Source of the DNA: Pocillopora damicornis
Taxonomy: Eukaryota
Assembly (NCBI RefSeq): GCF_003704095.1
Contig: NW_020844050.1
Location: 62,001 to 126,000 of the forward strand
DNA: 64,000 nt
Direction: 5' to 3'
Numbering within the stretch: position 1 is the first letter of the stretch; each line of letters opens with the position of its first letter. The translations under genes were made by a program, and so were the position numbers. The notes under the pieces were generated by a model. It made no database searches, was not told the DNA's origin, and saw only the letters and a program-made list of their open reading frames with translations. Below, piece after piece: positions 61,883 through 64,000 of the stretch.

Positions 61883-64000
61883 TAGACAGAGACAATACAC
61901 CAAAAAATACCTGAGTTTACATAAATGATGTTTTTTCTCTTCCTCTTGAAGTGAAGTAATGCGATATTTTCGTTCTTTTTGGAGTTATGAAAATATTAGG
62001 AATGCGAAGTGTCCCCCCTCGACCTACCCAGCCGAAAAAAAATAACCCTTTTTATGGCACGCATGCTTATGTTTTAGTTTTCATATTGAGTAACACTTTC
62101 CTGGAATTCTCTGGCCGCAAGAGAAAGTATCCAAGAGAAGTCTCGAGATGAATTTTATACGTTTAATAAACACAACTGAGGTTACGAGGTCTTCGCAGGT
62201 TCGCGAGTGAAGGTTAAGAGAACTGACAACGCTTCGGTATTACGGAATTATTGGGAGTGTGTTTCCGGACACGTTTACGTACTTTTGTAGTCAAAGCTTA
62301 GATTGCACGATTGCGTAATGTGAGTCCCAGTCCCCGACAACACAGAACCAGATTTCTAAATCCGGCAACAGCTTAAAATCCTTACAGACCCGTTGGTCCG
62401 TTTTTTTTTTCAACTTTTGCGGTATTTCCTCACGTCTAGCCTTGGAGTAGAGTTAATAAACAAATGCTTCACACGACTTTTGGAGAGGTTGTGTGAGAAG
62501 TGGCTCCTCACCCAGGCCAGCAAGTTGTTGTTGTTGAGCTTCACTATCTTCGACGAAGACCTTCCTAGCTTTCTTCTTACCAATACCAGAAAATGCACTT
62601 TTTGTGTCACATCCTGTCAATGCATGGTAGGCTGGTAAGGACCTGGAATTGAGAGGACCAAGGCTGATTGAAGATAGTGAATGGGAATAAATCTAGCCCC
62701 ATCCTTGACTCTTGTTTTAAGCCACAGCTCTTCATATTTGACACTCAGGAAATGAGCTATACAAAAGTCTTCAAGGTTTGTGTCGGGCGACTGAATGATA
62801 ATTCTCTGATAGGTGTTGGCTGCATGTTTGGCATGAAGTAGAAGTTGAGTATCTGCTTCTTCAAGATCAGAATATAACGAAGGCACAATGACGGAATATC
62901 CACGACCGATTAAAAAAAAGCCTCTCTAGCATCTGAATCCTCATTCCACTCTTGTTGGTGTGGTTATAGTTAATTTACTACGTCGTCCTTATTGGTCATC
63001 CCAACTAGGCCTCCTTTAGATTTCGTGTTACAGGTGATGGATTGCTCAAGTGCCATGTCTGACTGTACTTAACAGAAAGGTTGTTGTAAACGACTTGATT
63101 GCCAGCTTTGGACTCTCCATATATTTGTGGGTGGTTCTCTTGCAATGAGTACATGTCTGCGATGTATACCGGGAGTCACCTTGCGTAATTGACACGATCC
63201 ATATCGTAGAAATATGGAACTAACGCCGCACTGGGTGACAGGGGGTAACTCTCAGTCCCCGGTTCGCTCAGCTTTGATGAATTGAAGTAGAGTCATTACC
63301 ACTGACAAGTACTGGTCCCAGAAGGCAAAAAGGTTGGACTTAGCCCGTGCTTCGCTTCTGAATTCCCCCACAAGGGTAATCAGGGAATTCGGTCCATCCC
63401 TTACAGGTTGCCAGTTGTCTTGAGGGCCTCCTTCTGTTTCGTGGCACTTTTGGATGAGCTCAAGTACCTCGTCCTTTGAGGCATCTTGAAAGCAAGATTT
63501 TTTTCTTTCCAGCCAACTGATAAATGCCCTCCACAGAAGACGAAACAGTGCCGCGAGACAGAGCTTGTGGGCACTTACTCCACGGTTATACGACTTTCCT
63601 CCCATCGATGCATTTATGGTGTCAGCAGCATATAATACAGAGTCAATCAGTAGATCTTCTAAACAAGAACTGGTGTAGAACTTCCCAAGGAGCGACAGAT
63701 AATTCAATGCTATATGAAATCCTCCCAAGTGGACTACAACCTTCTTGAATTCCTATGGATACCTTAGTTGCAGCTGTTTTCTTTTGGTGTAAATTGTCAA
63801 GTCAAAAGTTACCGCTGAATTAGGCTGTCCAAGAGTATTTGCTATGTCTGAGGAAAGCTTCATTACTGTATTTATCGTGCTGTAATCATTTGCATTTGCT
63901 TGGATCTTAGGGCAGTAGCCAATAGCTGTAGGAGGTGATGTTTCAATGAATTTAAGTGAATGGAATCCACTCCATCCAGGAATCTTTTGATGAGTTACGG
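61883..64000 (-). mobile_element. Decayed Academ-type DNA transposon (transposase plus XPG/FEN-like nuclease), running off the window
   Basis: Minus-strand TFDLTIY, LGGFH..LNYL..LGK, FIKAERTGD, DRVNYAR, EEADT.LLLHA, SPDT, HALTGCDTKSAF.GIGKKKA (XPG H3TH-like), with many frameshifts. Possible TAG terminus at 61883. Confidence 0.8.

Overview
AT-rich, intron-rich animal genomic DNA, most likely an anthozoan/stony coral (inferred from the DED-type NLR and the repeat landscape; not prokaryotic, no CRISPR or rRNA seen). Two 100-N scaffold gaps (5445-5544, 48316-48415). Hand-assembled, phase-checked spliced gene models, most invisible or fragmentary in the ORF track: 3' part of PNKP (+, 781-7148); an orphan secreted/GPI-type FN3-FN3-EGF-PAN protein (+, 10011-15195); a DED-NACHT-LRR NLR (-, 19471-25682); a MARVEL tetraspan protein (-, 27586-29858); Derlin-1 (-, 30968-35308) with a U12-type intron; two tail-to-tail SLC52 riboflavin transporter paralogues (+ 38947-41278, - 44320-46586); and an 18-exon SAM-less SAMHD1-like dNTPase (+, 48459-60692). 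Decayed mobile DNA includes a CR1/L2 LINE, a BEL/Pao LTR element with 3' LTR, a Harbinger transposase, an Academ element, piggyBac-type MITEs, SINE-like repeats and a 1.4 kb foldback. Best leads: the FADD-like DED NLR with a possible DED-only splice switch, the unusual GPI surface protein, a Gly at the D218-equivalent of SAMHD1, and a probable gene-conversion tract between the SLC52 copies. No clear multi-gene novel system is proven.
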